53,386 bases of DNA from a virus (IMGVR_UViG_3300040807_002454:1-53386); one strand, 5' to 3'. Shown: positions 9,809-19,373, counted from the stretch's first letter. Made by a program: numbers and translations. The notes: generated by a model from the letters alone, not told the origin.

Positions 9809-10423
9809 CTATAGTTTTATAGTTTGATATGCTCTGTTAAGATGAATAACAGGAGTATATCTATTAGATTTAAAAATTATTTTTTGCACTTCTTTTTCAG
9901 ATGGCTTTTCAGGGGATTCTTCAGGTAACTTTTCAACTACACCTTCAGGTAAATCTTCAAGATCCCCGAAAGACATACTCATATCCCACTTTTTAGCGTT
10001 AATTTCATCTTTTGTAGCAGGTCTAAAATGATTATCTACATAACACCATGACCATCCTTCAAACCCATCAAAAGTAATACAATCAAACAAGGGATCTACC
10101 TTAGTTATCTGGACAGTTCTTCCTATAAATTTGTCCATTGCTTTTGACCAGTTACTTCCTTTAGTAATGGTAATCCAGTTACCTACGCTAAAAGAAAAAG
10201 TATAAAAGTCTAAATTCTTTTCATGAAGACTCCATCCATAACCCTTTTCACAAGTAAAACTAGGATAAGGTCCTGTTAATTTTAACTTTGTTATCTTAAG
10301 ATTATATGGATAATCTACTGAATCTAAACCATGGCTACCTGATTCAACATTATAAGAAAGAGGCCTTTCTAAAATAGTTAAACGAGTTCCTACTGATAAG
10401 CTTTCTATTTCTTTTTTTGTCAT
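9809..10423 (-). CDS. hypothetical protein, paralog of 8468-9217
   Basis: YPY and NWSKAMDKFIG blocks; HFRPATKDEI motif. Confidence 0.65.
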   Translation of the reverse strand: MTKKEIESLSVGTRLTILERPLSYNVESGSHGLDSVDYPYNLKITKLKLTGPYPSFTCEKGYGWSLHEKNLDFYTFSFSVGNWITITKGSNWSKAMDKFIGRTVQITKVDPLFDCITFDGFEGWSWCYVDNHFRPATKDEINAKKWDMSMSFGDLEDLPEGVVEKLPEESPEKPSEKEVQKIIFKSNRYTPVIHLNRAYQTIKL

Positions 10424-10897
10424 GATTTTAGATTATTTTTTATATCTGTTAATAAGTTTCCTAGAAGGTTTTTGTCCTTCATTGTCTTTCACACTTACTC
10501 CCCATTTTTTATCATTCCAATTGTTCCATTCTATAATTGGAAGTTTAGCCTTTAACAATTGTGTCCTAAAAGGTCCTTGACTCCACTTATGAAGTAAGGC
10601 TTTTTTCATTACCTTAATAGCCATAGTGTCATCCCAATCTTCTCTTAGTACAAGTTTTCTAGCCTCTCTTTTAGCTCTATGAGGCTCTAATCTAGCTATG
10701 TACAAACGTTTTCTTGCGTCTTTAAATTTCATAGCCTGATAATAGTTCTCAACACTGTAGTAAGCTATATTCTGAACAATAATAGGGGTAGTAAAAGGAA
10801 TCATATTTGAAAACCAATTATAAATCCATTGGCCTTTGTACTCAAATGCTCTAGGTCTATATTCTTCCCAATTTTTTATCTTGTCCATATTTTTCAA
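10420..10897 (-). CDS. NADAR family protein (apparent 1-nt insertion near the 3' end)
   Basis: WFSNM, SVENYYQAMKF, EWNNWNDKKWG. The terminal GQNLLG motif lies in another frame past the T5 run at 10469-10473. Confidence 0.85.
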
Positions 10898-10906
10898 TTT
10901 AAGAAT

Positions 10907-10940
10907 AAAAAAGGGCTCCTGAAATACATCAGAAAGCCCT
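10907..10940 (-). terminator. intrinsic terminator-like hairpin
   Basis: AGGGCT...AGCCCT stem followed by a T tract on the minus strand. Confidence 0.5.
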
Positions 10941-10972
10941 CTAAATGAAAGTCTTTATCTAACTTCTTCTAC

Positions 10973-11449
10973 TTACTCTCCGTGAAATAAATGGTTGTCT
11001 ATAAAAAAAGTATTAGGATATTTCTTATAGACCCATCTTATAAATCTTGTATCAGTAGATGAACAAGGGTTATAAAAGAATAAATACTTGGATACATATT
11101 TCTCCAAGTACCATTGCTTCACTAGTTTATATGTCTCCTCAGTATAGATGAAATACTTTGTACCTACTCCATCAAACTGCCCTTTATCATAAATAACGCC
11201 TAATATAGAATTAGGAAATTTCTTATGTAGGACTCGGGACATAATTACTCCTAGTACTTCTCTTTTACCTAGAAAGCCTTCAGACCAACATTCACTATTG
11301 ATCAATTTGGTAAGTTCTACTAATACTGTATGAGTACTAGGCTTTATATCAACTACTTCTATGCAGGAAGAAGATCCAGCATACATAATGTTAGGGTGTC
11401 TTACTCCTAAGGTAGTAAACCAAAGGAGTAGTAATAGTGTGTATTTCAT
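10973..11449 (-). CDS. SleB/Hydrolase_2 cell-wall hydrolase
   Basis: Signal-like N-terminus; INSEC..E...GK..V..VIMSR....FPNSI.GVIY..GQF, YLFFYNP, IDNHLF. Confidence 0.85.
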   Translation of the reverse strand: MKYTLLLLLWFTTLGVRHPNIMYAGSSSCIEVVDIKPSTHTVLVELTKLINSECWSEGFLGKREVLGVIMSRVLHKKFPNSILGVIYDKGQFDGVGTKYFIYTEETYKLVKQWYLEKYVSKYLFFYNPCSSTDTRFIRWVYKKYPNTFFIDNHLFHGE

Positions 11450-11470
11450 GGGTATCTTATTTATAAGGTA

Positions 11471-11671
11471 TTAACTTCTAATCAATTTTACTTTCTTTAC
11501 AAACTTCCAATCAATACTTTTTTTAGGACTAATAAAATTCGTACAGGCATACCACATGTCGCCATTAGCTAAAGAACCAACAGCAGCGAGTGACTTGCCT
11601 CCTCCAACGGATTGTTTCCAATAAATTGTGTACAGTCCATGATCAAGTTCTTGAACTTTATCCTTTTTCAT
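11471..11671 (-). CDS. hypothetical protein
   Basis: 66-aa co-oriented ORF. Confidence 0.55.
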   Translation of the reverse strand: MKKDKVQELDHGLYTIYWKQSVGGGKSLAAVGSLANGDMWYACTNFISPKKSIDWKFVKKVKLIRS

Positions 11672-11673
11672 AT

Positions 11674-11841
11674 TTAAAAAGTAATGATTTTACTCGTTGC
11701 CATTCTATAAATAGTTAGACTACCTAACAAAATAGCTAAGATCAAGCTTATTAAAGATAATACTTCAATGTTAATTAATAGCATACTTAAAGCAATTAAA
11801 CACAAAAACACTACTATATTAGGTATAGCGTTATTAAACAT
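11674..11841 (-). CDS. small two-TM membrane protein (55 aa, below ORF-track cutoff)
   Basis: Manual translation MFNNAIPNIVVFLCLIALSMLLINIEVLSLISLILAILLGSLTIYRMATSKIITF*. Confidence 0.55.
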   Translation of the reverse strand: MFNNAIPNIVVFLCLIALSMLLINIEVLSLISLILAILLGSLTIYRMATSKIITF

Positions 11842-11898
11842 AATAAAAATTTTGTACTTTAAGATAAAAGTATTAGATACTAATTATAATAAAGTAGA

Positions 11899-12057
11899 TT
11901 AAAGTTTTCTTTTTAATCTTAAAACACGAATATGTGCTTCTAAATTATCAATACGTCGCATATATACTAGTTTCATCTTTTCATTTGTACTAGTACTTAG
12001 TAACGCCTTGTAGTATTCCAGAGCGTTTAGACTCTCTTCTAATGTTTCTGGTAACAT
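11899..12057 (-). CDS. small hypothetical protein
   Basis: Start moved to ATG 12057 (MLPETLEE) because the longer ORF begins inside the tRNA. Confidence 0.45.
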   Translation of the reverse strand: MLPETLEESLNALEYYKALLSTSTNEKMKLVYMRRIDNLEAHIRVLRLKRKL

Positions 12058-12087
12058 AATATTTGATTTAGTGTGTAATATAAATAG

Positions 12088-12160
12088 TTGGCCCATAGGG
12101 ATTTGAACCCTAAATACCGCGTTATGAGCGCGACGTGATAACCAGTTTCACCATGGGCCA
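12088..12160 (-). tRNA. tRNA-CAT (elongator Met or Ile2), no encoded CCA
   Basis: Acceptor TGGCCCA/TGGGCCA, D stem GTGA/TCAC, anticodon loop CT-CAT-AA, T arm TAGGG-TTCAAAT-CCCTA. Lacks the initiator GGG/CCC pairs. Confidence 0.9.
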
Positions 12161-12197
12161 GAATTAGGTCTTTCTAGAGTAAGAAAGACCTAAAACA

Positions 12198-12620
12198 TCA
12201 GATACTCTTTAAGAGTTTTTTCGCCTGCTTACGCAATGCATCGCCACCTTTTGCTTTTAATGCCTCCAAATCAGCTGATTTAGCTAACTCTAAAATCTCC
12301 TGTACTTCTTTCTTTACAGAAGACATCTTAGTCTGTTTTATGTATAAATCTTTTTTATACTCAAAAACAGCTTTCACTACTTCAATTTGTAAAGATAGAG
12401 TAGAATCTTCCCCTACATTAGTCAAAGTTTCTACTTCTGTAGTCTTCCTTAATTTTGAAAGCTCTCTAAGAGCATAGTTAAGGGACGGACGTTGATTCTC
12501 ATTATTATCCATCTCCCTGCTAAAACAGGCATGTAAATCAAATAATTGTTCAGTGCTAACCCAACCTTTAACGGTTGGAAACTTTAACTTTTGTATTAGG
12601 GCTTGTTTGAAAATGTCCAT
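12198..12620 (-). CDS. conserved phage hypothetical protein
   Basis: IF.QA...KLKF.TVKG.VSTEQLFDL N-terminus, recalled as a phage family paired with the upstream gene. Confidence 0.65.
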   Translation of the reverse strand: MDIFKQALIQKLKFPTVKGWVSTEQLFDLHACFSREMDNNENQRPSLNYALRELSKLRKTTEVETLTNVGEDSTLSLQIEVVKAVFEYKKDLYIKQTKMSSVKKEVQEILELAKSADLEALKAKGGDALRKQAKKLLKSI

Positions 12621-14583
12621 TGAACTTAAGTTTTATAACTTTCCCATCTGCTCTCACTGTAATACTATCTTTAGTATTAACAGAGAAACCTAGACCAGCA
12701 AGTTGGTTATCAGAATAAGAAGCTCTTGTTCTAGCTCCCAATGCTTCAAAAACTCTTTTCTCCTGTTGTAATACAGGATTTAAAAATTCATTGTATATTC
12801 CTCTTACAGAACTAGGATTTTTAACCCCATCTATAATGAAGAAGTAATGAGGATTTCCTACTTTATCTTTCCAATAATTAGGAGAGAGCATAAAGGTATC
12901 GACTTTATGATACTTTTGCGTATTAATTCCCCAAATATTTCGAGATTGTGCTTCACTAGGTATATGAGATTTCATACTCATTTTACCATTTTTGCACGTT
13001 ACAGTAGCTACATTTACAAACTCTCCCTGACGTAATCCCTTGTTATAAACAAAAGAGTGAGTAGTCCCTCCAAATACTACTTCGGCTTTAAATCCTTTTT
13101 GAACACCCCTAAGGGCATAATTGTGTACTCTAAACTTAAACTTTGCATCTACTAGTTCAGTGAATACTATATTCTCCACAATATCACTCTTATAACTTTT
13201 GGGAGTTTGTATGTCTACATCTAAGTGTCCATGTTCAGTTCGTTTTCTAGAATAATAAATATGTTTATCTAGATACGAACAATGAGCATCTAAGTCCGAA
13301 TTGTCTTCAGCATTATCAGCCCAAGAAATAGAGAATCTTAATAAACCATCTACATTTCCTCCTCTGTTCTTAACAGATTTAGTAATAGATGATATAGTAT
13401 TCTCTCCATTATAGCTCCATCTGAACCCATTATCCCAGGCCAAGATACTAGGGCCTCGTTCTTGAGCTAACATATTCATAAAGTTACCTTCATGATTGTT
13501 CTCTACTAAAATTTCTAGATCCTTGATAGTAGGAAGAATTTTCATAAAGGCTTGAATATCCATTTCAGTACCATAGGCAGGTTTTTTTTCTACAAGGTCT
13601 TCCAATAGTCCATCCAGAGCTCCTGACATTAGACTCTTTGCTTTGGAACTTGTCCAGAATACATGTTGGATGTTTAAGTCTCCTAACGTTGCATGCCTTA
13701 CAGGAATACTATCCTCAAAGCCTAATGCTTTAAGCTTATTCTCTGCCTCTAGGACTTGTTTTCTTGTAAATATGGCTTTGGGCCTCTTATAGGATACACC
13801 TACTATAGTTCTACCGAACTTAGTAACTGCATCTAATAAAGGTATTCCTTCATTGATTTCAATAAGTAGCGTCCCTATTGCTGTGTTTCTAATGGCTAAT
13901 TTTCTACCATACTTGGCAGTAGCTATCCAAAGTTCTTCTTCAGTACCTTCCCATTCAGATTGGAACCTTTGAAATGTTTCAATAGCAAATCGAAACTGTT
14001 CTGCTCTAGGTAAAGTACCTTCATTAATAAGATCCATTACGCTATCAATGGACTCTTTTGAGAACTCATTCATACTTCTCTTTATTACAGCATAAGTTTG
14101 GAGAAACTCCCCTTTCTTAGTAGCTACATCATTAGAGATACAACTAACTGGTGTTTGAGCTGAGAAGTGCTCAAATCGTTTTTCATACTTTTCAGAACTA
14201 GGGTCAACCCCAAGATTGTAATCAGTACCCATACTGGTTTCTTCAGTAAGGAATACCCCATTAATACTCTTTGTAGCTACTAAAGCATTTAACTTCTCGG
14301 CTACTACATTGTAAGGATGGGGTAAATTCTCATAATTATCCCATAAAGAAATTACTTTATTGTCTATTATCCCCACTACATTACCATAACGTCTTATAAA
14401 AGACTTACAACAGTTACAGGTGTGTACTGTCTCGGAGATGTAAATAGGGTCTGTCCCTGTTGGGAATGAGTTAATATACGTATCCCATAGCTCCTCTTTG
14501 GATACCTCTGTAGTAAAGAGCGTAGACTTGCTTTCTAAGAATTTTACGGCATTCTCCACATGGATTTTAAAGGCTTTAAACAT
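12568..14583 (-). CDS. conserved large phage protein with C-terminal YfaP/TerD-like motifs
   Basis: N-terminal HTCNCCKSFIRRYG; C-terminal LRFSISW..DLDAH..LDVD..VENI..VHNY. Confidence 0.65.
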   Translation of the reverse strand: MFKAFKIHVENAVKFLESKSTLFTTEVSKEELWDTYINSFPTGTDPIYISETVHTCNCCKSFIRRYGNVVGIIDNKVISLWDNYENLPHPYNVVAEKLNALVATKSINGVFLTEETSMGTDYNLGVDPSSEKYEKRFEHFSAQTPVSCISNDVATKKGEFLQTYAVIKRSMNEFSKESIDSVMDLINEGTLPRAEQFRFAIETFQRFQSEWEGTEEELWIATAKYGRKLAIRNTAIGTLLIEINEGIPLLDAVTKFGRTIVGVSYKRPKAIFTRKQVLEAENKLKALGFEDSIPVRHATLGDLNIQHVFWTSSKAKSLMSGALDGLLEDLVEKKPAYGTEMDIQAFMKILPTIKDLEILVENNHEGNFMNMLAQERGPSILAWDNGFRWSYNGENTISSITKSVKNRGGNVDGLLRFSISWADNAEDNSDLDAHCSYLDKHIYYSRKRTEHGHLDVDIQTPKSYKSDIVENIVFTELVDAKFKFRVHNYALRGVQKGFKAEVVFGGTTHSFVYNKGLRQGEFVNVATVTCKNGKMSMKSHIPSEAQSRNIWGINTQKYHKVDTFMLSPNYWKDKVGNPHYFFIIDGVKNPSSVRGIYNEFLNPVLQQEKRVFEALGARTRASYSDNQLAGLGFSVNTKDSITVRADGKVIKLKFNGHFQTSPNTKVKVSNR

Positions 14584-14712
14584 GTTTTATATTTTTTAGT
14601 TTGATATAGTTTTAGAAGAACATATGTCCTTAGCTCTCATGCCACGTCAAGGCAACTATTATATGAGAGATTTCTAGGCTTTTAGCCTAAGGGATTTCAA
14701 CCTTAACTCGGT

Positions 14713-15342
14713 TTATGTATTTACGAACTTCTTGATTCTCTGTATACAGTCTTTTAAGTACCGTTCATTTATATCATAATAGATATATTTTCCATCACGC
14801 CCAGCACCAACTATACTTGTTTCCCGCAAAATTTTTAAATGCTGCGAAGTAATAGATTGTTCCAACTTTAAAGTGTTGTAAATTTTGTTGACATTAATAA
14901 TGTCTTTTTTTCGTATATACTTCAATATTTTCATACGAAGCGGATGACTTAGTGCTCTAAGTACCCTAGCACATGCGTCTAACCCTCCAAAATAGTTATA
15001 GAAGGCTTTATACTGTAAGAGTCTTTCTTTATTAACCGAATAATAGATACTCTTTCCTTTCCTTTCGTAATGTACTAAGTTGGCTCTTCTTAATACTGCA
15101 AGCTCTTGGGACATTTTAGACTGATCAGTACGTAATTTTACATACAGATCAGTTACATTTAAGGTTCCAAAGGCTTCCAATACGTCTAAAATATGGAATC
15201 GCAGTTGGTTATTTAAAGCCCTTATTAACAATACTGCTTGTCGTAAGGTCACATAGTCGATAGTGACTGCATTAACCTTTATTTTGCGATTTTTTGTCTT
15301 TAGCATCTTTTGTCTTTTTAAAGGTGAAACAATTCTTTTCAA
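14713..15342 (-). CDS. tandem double ArsR/SmtB winged-HTH regulator
   Basis: Two repeats: RALNNQLRFHIL...QSKMSQELAVLR...R.GKSIYY and RALSHPLRMKIL...QSITSQHLKILR...RDGKYIYY. Confidence 0.85.
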   Translation of the reverse strand: MKRIVSPLKRQKMLKTKNRKIKVNAVTIDYVTLRQAVLLIRALNNQLRFHILDVLEAFGTLNVTDLYVKLRTDQSKMSQELAVLRRANLVHYERKGKSIYYSVNKERLLQYKAFYNYFGGLDACARVLRALSHPLRMKILKYIRKKDIINVNKIYNTLKLEQSITSQHLKILRETSIVGAGRDGKYIYYDINERYLKDCIQRIKKFVNT

Positions 15343-15601
15343 TGATTACATCCTTATAAATATTATTAGTAGGTATACACCAAAAAGAATCTTTTGGAAT
15401 TGTTTTTACATAGGATATCGAAGAACCTAATCCTTGGCATAGTTCATACATACCTTCTATTTCAGGTAAGTATACTCTATATGTACCTAATACTGATCCA
15501 TACCTTCGATATATAGGAGTGACATTAGGGAACCTCTCTTTTATTATATCTGTAATAAAAGCCTTGTTATATTTCCCATTAAATTTAAAACTAATCATCA
15601 A
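15272..15601 (-). CDS. hypothetical protein
   Basis: 109-aa co-oriented ORF. Confidence 0.45.
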   Translation of the reverse strand: MMISFKFNGKYNKAFITDIIKERFPNVTPIYRRYGSVLGTYRVYLPEIEGMYELCQGLGSSISYVKTIPKDSFWCIPTNNIYKDVIIEKNCFTFKKTKDAKDKKSQNKG

Positions 15602-15666
15602 TAAAAGATGAGAAGGGACAAGCCCTTCTCTGTGTGAGACAACACTCTCTCACGGGGAGTTCAGTC

Positions 15667-15873
15667 CTATGTAACTTTTACTGCTTGAGGAAAGATTTGT
15701 TGAGCAGTGCTCAAGTTTTTCCACGCATCAGGATAATTAGTCCTAATTTTTGCAAGTATGTACATACGGGCTGGAGAGTTTTGCACTTTCACTCCTATCT
15801 CCTTCAATCTCTTAATCTCTCGATCAGAAAAGTGAATGCGCTTCTCAATAGCCCAAATAGTAACGGATTTCAT
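15667..15873 (-). CDS. hypothetical protein
   Basis: 68-aa ORF starting 2 nt after the tRNA-Arg discriminator. Confidence 0.5.
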   Translation of the reverse strand: MKSVTIWAIEKRIHFSDREIKRLKEIGVKVQNSPARMYILAKIRTNYPDAWKNLSTAQQIFPQAVKVT

Positions 15874-15875
15874 AG

Positions 15876-15946
15876 TAACCCCATCAGGATTTGAACCTGA
15901 ACGAACTGCTTAGAAGGCAGTAATGCTTCCATTACATCATGAGGCT
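15876..15946 (-). tRNA. tRNA-Arg(TCT), no encoded CCA
   Basis: Acceptor AGCCTCA/TGGGGTT, anticodon arm ACTGC-CTTCTAA-GCAGT, T arm TCAGG-TTCAAAT-CCTGA. Confidence 0.9.
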
Positions 15947-16021
15947 GTAAAAGGACTAAAAGCCCTAAAAGTCTAAAAGACTCAAGGGCTTTAAGTAAAT
16001 TTTTCCATCCATCCCTCCCTT

Positions 16022-16498
16022 TTACTCTAGTCCTATATCTTTGAAGAATTGCTTCTCTACTTCTGTATCAAAACAATCTCCGCATTCTTCAATAAGGATG
16101 CGATATTCATTGAGGATATACCTTAATTCCTTAAGAGTACATCCTAGTTGATTCTCGTATGTTTGTGTATTAGTGTACGAATATACAACTAATACATTAT
16201 CTTTTTTCTTCGGTTCTAATTGTAGTTCTTCTCCATCTGATGCAATTAATTGCATTTGAATTACACATCTTTTATTATTTTTCATAATAAAAGATTTCTT
16301 TATCTTAGAAGGTAAAATACCTAGAATCTGTTTGCCTCCTACATATAGATTAATTCTATACATAGTATGACTTTTACTCATTTCGAGTACAGATTCTAAG
16401 TCATTACAATAATGAAGTCTTTCTTTACTGTAATAATATTCATTACCTTCATAAGGCAGTATAGCTTCTTCAAGCTTTAGTACTCCATTAAGATTCAT
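16022..16498 (-). CDS. hypothetical protein
   Basis: 158-aa ORF, ATGA-coupled to the upstream gene. Confidence 0.55.
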   Translation of the reverse strand: MNLNGVLKLEEAILPYEGNEYYYSKERLHYCNDLESVLEMSKSHTMYRINLYVGGKQILGILPSKIKKSFIMKNNKRCVIQMQLIASDGEELQLEPKKKDNVLVVYSYTNTQTYENQLGCTLKELRYILNEYRILIEECGDCFDTEVEKQFFKDIGLE

Positions 16499-16863
16499 AG
16501 GTATTCTCTCTTCGGGAGTTTACCATTCTTGAAAACAAATTTACCTTTATCATCCTTAAATATCTCTCTTCCATCTAATGATACCTCATTAGTAGGTTCA
16601 AAATATGATACAGGAATTTTAATTTTATCTGGTGTTGTCATTACCATTGCTAGTTTGACACTTCCATCCTTTTTAATTTTCCTATATGCTTGAAATCTAA
16701 AGGCTTTAAACCCAATGCTTACCTTATAAGGTTGCCCGGATTTATTCTTATCCTTATAAATCACGTTAGTAGTGATCATAGTGGATGTCTTTAAAAGTCT
16801 TTGAGAATGGCAGGAAGTAATCCCTACCATTAAAAAGACGTAAATCAGAAGTCTTTTATTCAT
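16495..16863 (-). CDS. putative lipoprotein
   Basis: MNKR-hydrophobic-ITSC lipobox-like signal. Confidence 0.55.
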   Translation of the reverse strand: MNKRLLIYVFLMVGITSCHSQRLLKTSTMITTNVIYKDKNKSGQPYKVSIGFKAFRFQAYRKIKKDGSVKLAMVMTTPDKIKIPVSYFEPTNEVSLDGREIFKDDKGKFVFKNGKLPKREYL

Positions 16864-16911
16864 CTTTTTAAATTTAGTGGGATTACTTTCCCTTAAGTTA
16901 AGAAAAAAATC

Positions 16912-18297
16912 TTACATAGATTCTTCAATGTGCTCCAATTTATCTATAATTGGAGAAATTACTGGAGAGAATATTCGTGAAACGGCTGTTTCAAGTGAAT
17001 TATCTTCCTCCAAATCCTCTGCCATGTATTGTGCCTGTCTCACCATGGAAGTGAGCGCTACTTGAAGATCATCATGACTGATTATACCTTTAGTATGGCT
17101 TTTGTACGTATTGGCTCTCTTACAAGCTTCTGCAATAACAGAGGCAGAAACATTGTCTACAATATCAAGAGTATCCCAATCAATATCTCTAAGAGCACTT
17201 CCACAGAAGTTCTTAATAATTTGAATACTTTCAGATCTTGATGGGTTGTCAAAAGCTACTACAATATCAATTCTGCCTGGTCTCCGAAGAGCCTGACTAA
17301 TCTTATTAGCATGATTAGTAGTAAGAATAGTCTTGATATTACGACCTTTAGCCGTAACTCCATCAATTTGATTCAGAAAGGAATTCATTTCAGCATCTCT
17401 TTGAGACCCTGAAGCCTTTTGGTCGATATCTTCAGCAAATACCAGAACGCCCTTTTCTGGGGTAGAATACTTCAAAGCTACATCAATCGCATTTTTGACG
17501 TAATCAGTATTCTCTACATAGAAAAAGGTTAAACCCTTTTCAAGAGCTTTTTCAGCTATATTCATAGCTGTTTCTGACTTCCCATTTCCATACGCCCCCG
17601 TAAATAAATAGGTGCGCTTTTTGGGTTGGGTAAGCTCATTGATGATGTAGTTGTTGATCGTCTTTGCAGAAATCTGATTCAGAACAATATTAGGGTTAGT
17701 TTTAACCTCTAATATCTCCAACTCAATTCCATAATTGCGATGGGACTTGACCATAATGGCTTTGTTCAAATAAATTGAATTCTCTTTTATGAATTCATCG
17801 ACAGACTTCAAGAATTTAAGAACTCTTGTTTTGTACCTTTTTTTACAGGTGAGATTAATACCCACCTTCCCTGCTCGGTTGATACTAATGCTCATGTCAG
17901 CATCTTCCCATGAGGAGATCACAGAGTTTCCATAGAAACATTCCTCATAGACTTTCTTACCATCTTTAATATCCGTGCAGATTTGGATATAGGTTGGTCT
18001 TGAAGAGCCAAAGAAGGAATGGATCGTTTTCCCTTGAATCCATCCGAAGGTATTTTCTGATACCTTCTTTATTGCATGCAGGGTATCTTGCCAGTCCCAG
18101 TCATAGGACTGTGATACGTCAACTTCCTCCTCCTCACTTTCATACTGTCTCATTAGTTCCTCTGATGCTGTTTTTTTATCCATATTTTTTGGGATAATGA
18201 TTTTTTCCGAATCATCAGAGAATGTTGTTTCCGTTATTGGAGCAACCTTGTTTAGTTGCTGGGCCATTAAGGCCATCAAATCTTTCTTGTTGAACAT
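16912..18297 (-). CDS. AAA+ ATPase
   Basis: Walker A GAYGNGKS, Walker B VFAEDID, TTN sensor, ALRRPGRID second region of homology. Confidence 0.9.
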   Translation of the reverse strand: MFNKKDLMALMAQQLNKVAPITETTFSDDSEKIIIPKNMDKKTASEELMRQYESEEEEVDVSQSYDWDWQDTLHAIKKVSENTFGWIQGKTIHSFFGSSRPTYIQICTDIKDGKKVYEECFYGNSVISSWEDADMSISINRAGKVGINLTCKKRYKTRVLKFLKSVDEFIKENSIYLNKAIMVKSHRNYGIELEILEVKTNPNIVLNQISAKTINNYIINELTQPKKRTYLFTGAYGNGKSETAMNIAEKALEKGLTFFYVENTDYVKNAIDVALKYSTPEKGVLVFAEDIDQKASGSQRDAEMNSFLNQIDGVTAKGRNIKTILTTNHANKISQALRRPGRIDIVVAFDNPSRSESIQIIKNFCGSALRDIDWDTLDIVDNVSASVIAEACKRANTYKSHTKGIISHDDLQVALTSMVRQAQYMAEDLEEDNSLETAVSRIFSPVISPIIDKLEHIEESM

Positions 18298-18350
18298 GTT
18301 TATATTTTTAGATAGTTAAAAAATTAAGTAAATATTGATTAAAAGGCTTA

Positions 18351-18803
18351 TTATCCTCTTAATCTCTTAAGAATCTCTGCTAAAGGGTTCTTAGAGGCTT
18401 CCATGACTCGTCCAATTATAAAGTGTAAATATGCTAACTCATTGATAGACGTTGTGAGTTCATCAGCTATTTGTAAGGTTCGGAAGCTGACATTATCGAC
18501 ACCATTCTGTTGTGATTCTTCAGCAGTACTTCTGAAGCCAAAAAATAATTCTTTAGACCTTTCCTTTGAGATTCCTAAGCACTCCTCAATAGTGTCACAC
18601 TTTTCATAGGAAAAGTGGTCTTGATCGGTATTTTCTAATAATCCTATTGCGTCTTGTTTGCCTGCTTCATACAGGAAGGCACAATATTCTAATTCATTTT
18701 GTGCAAATTCAAGCACAAATTTAGGACTCTTATCAGAGTCTTTATAGGCTTGTCTAAATTCAAATATTCGACTTTTTTTTACTTCAAATTGTTCGTAATA
18801 CAT
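18351..18803 (-). CDS. hypothetical protein
   Basis: 150-aa co-oriented ORF. Confidence 0.6.
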   Translation of the reverse strand: MYYEQFEVKKSRIFEFRQAYKDSDKSPKFVLEFAQNELEYCAFLYEAGKQDAIGLLENTDQDHFSYEKCDTIEECLGISKERSKELFFGFRSTAEESQQNGVDNVSFRTLQIADELTTSINELAYLHFIIGRVMEASKNPLAEILKRLRG

Positions 18804-18818
18804 AAGTAAGTGGTTTGT

Positions 18819-18851
18819 GAAAAAAAGAAAAGAGGAGCGTTAACTCCTCTT
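18819..18851 (-). terminator. intrinsic terminator-like hairpin
   Basis: AAGAGGAG/CTCCTCTT stem with a T-rich tail on the minus strand. Confidence 0.55.
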
Positions 18852-18939
18852 CACCTATCTTCTTCTTCTGAAAAAATCCAATTTCCTACATCCAATTATA
18901 TTATTTTTAAATGCTAATTGAGATGAATGAAATAATATC

Positions 18940-19200
18940 ACTCTACATAAGTAGAGTCGCACAATTATACTATAAATAGTATATACGACAATAACTTTCA
19001 TTATTGAAGGCACTTAGATAGATCTAAATGCTGCCTCATCTATAACTACTTCAGGAGCTTCACCTGCTTTCTATATACTCTCACCTCTGTATAACAGTCA
19101 GTGAGGAGCTTTTTACTTTGTAATTATAAAATCATACGATTACCTGTTGTCATCAACCAAAGATTTTATGTAAACTAAATACATTCAACGTACGGCATCA
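18940..19200 (-). ncRNA. putative structured ncRNA, copy A (homolog of 24238-24490)
   Basis: ORF-free; ordered hairpins and motifs (GATGAGGCAGCAT, ATTGTCGTA, ATTGTGCG) match copy B. Confidence 0.5.
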
Positions 19201-19329
19201 TATTAAATAAGAGGTAACTCCTCTTTTGGAGTCCCTCTTACCACTCACCTTTATCCAGAACATCAATCCTAAGATTGACCCCTGTGAACAAAGTGAGTAG
19301 TTAATTATTCTTTTGTCTTAGGGTTAAAA

Positions 19330-19362
19330 CCCAGTATCAGGATTTATAGTCCTGATACTGGG
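19330..19362. repeat. perfect 13-bp inverted repeat
   Basis: CCCAGTATCAGGA / TCCTGATACTGGG; terminator or processing hairpin. Confidence 0.7.
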
Positions 19363-19373
19363 ACTAGAAAATT

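Noticed and set aside
12568-12620. C-terminal extension of the 671-aa protein over the next gene
   Set aside because: Probably a trivial lost stop (TTC-AATG vs TTC-TAATG) or an assembly indel; no sign of function.
15876-15946. Amber suppressor reading (CTA) of the anticodon loop
   Set aside because: The 7-nt loop CT-TCT-AA centres on TCT (Arg).
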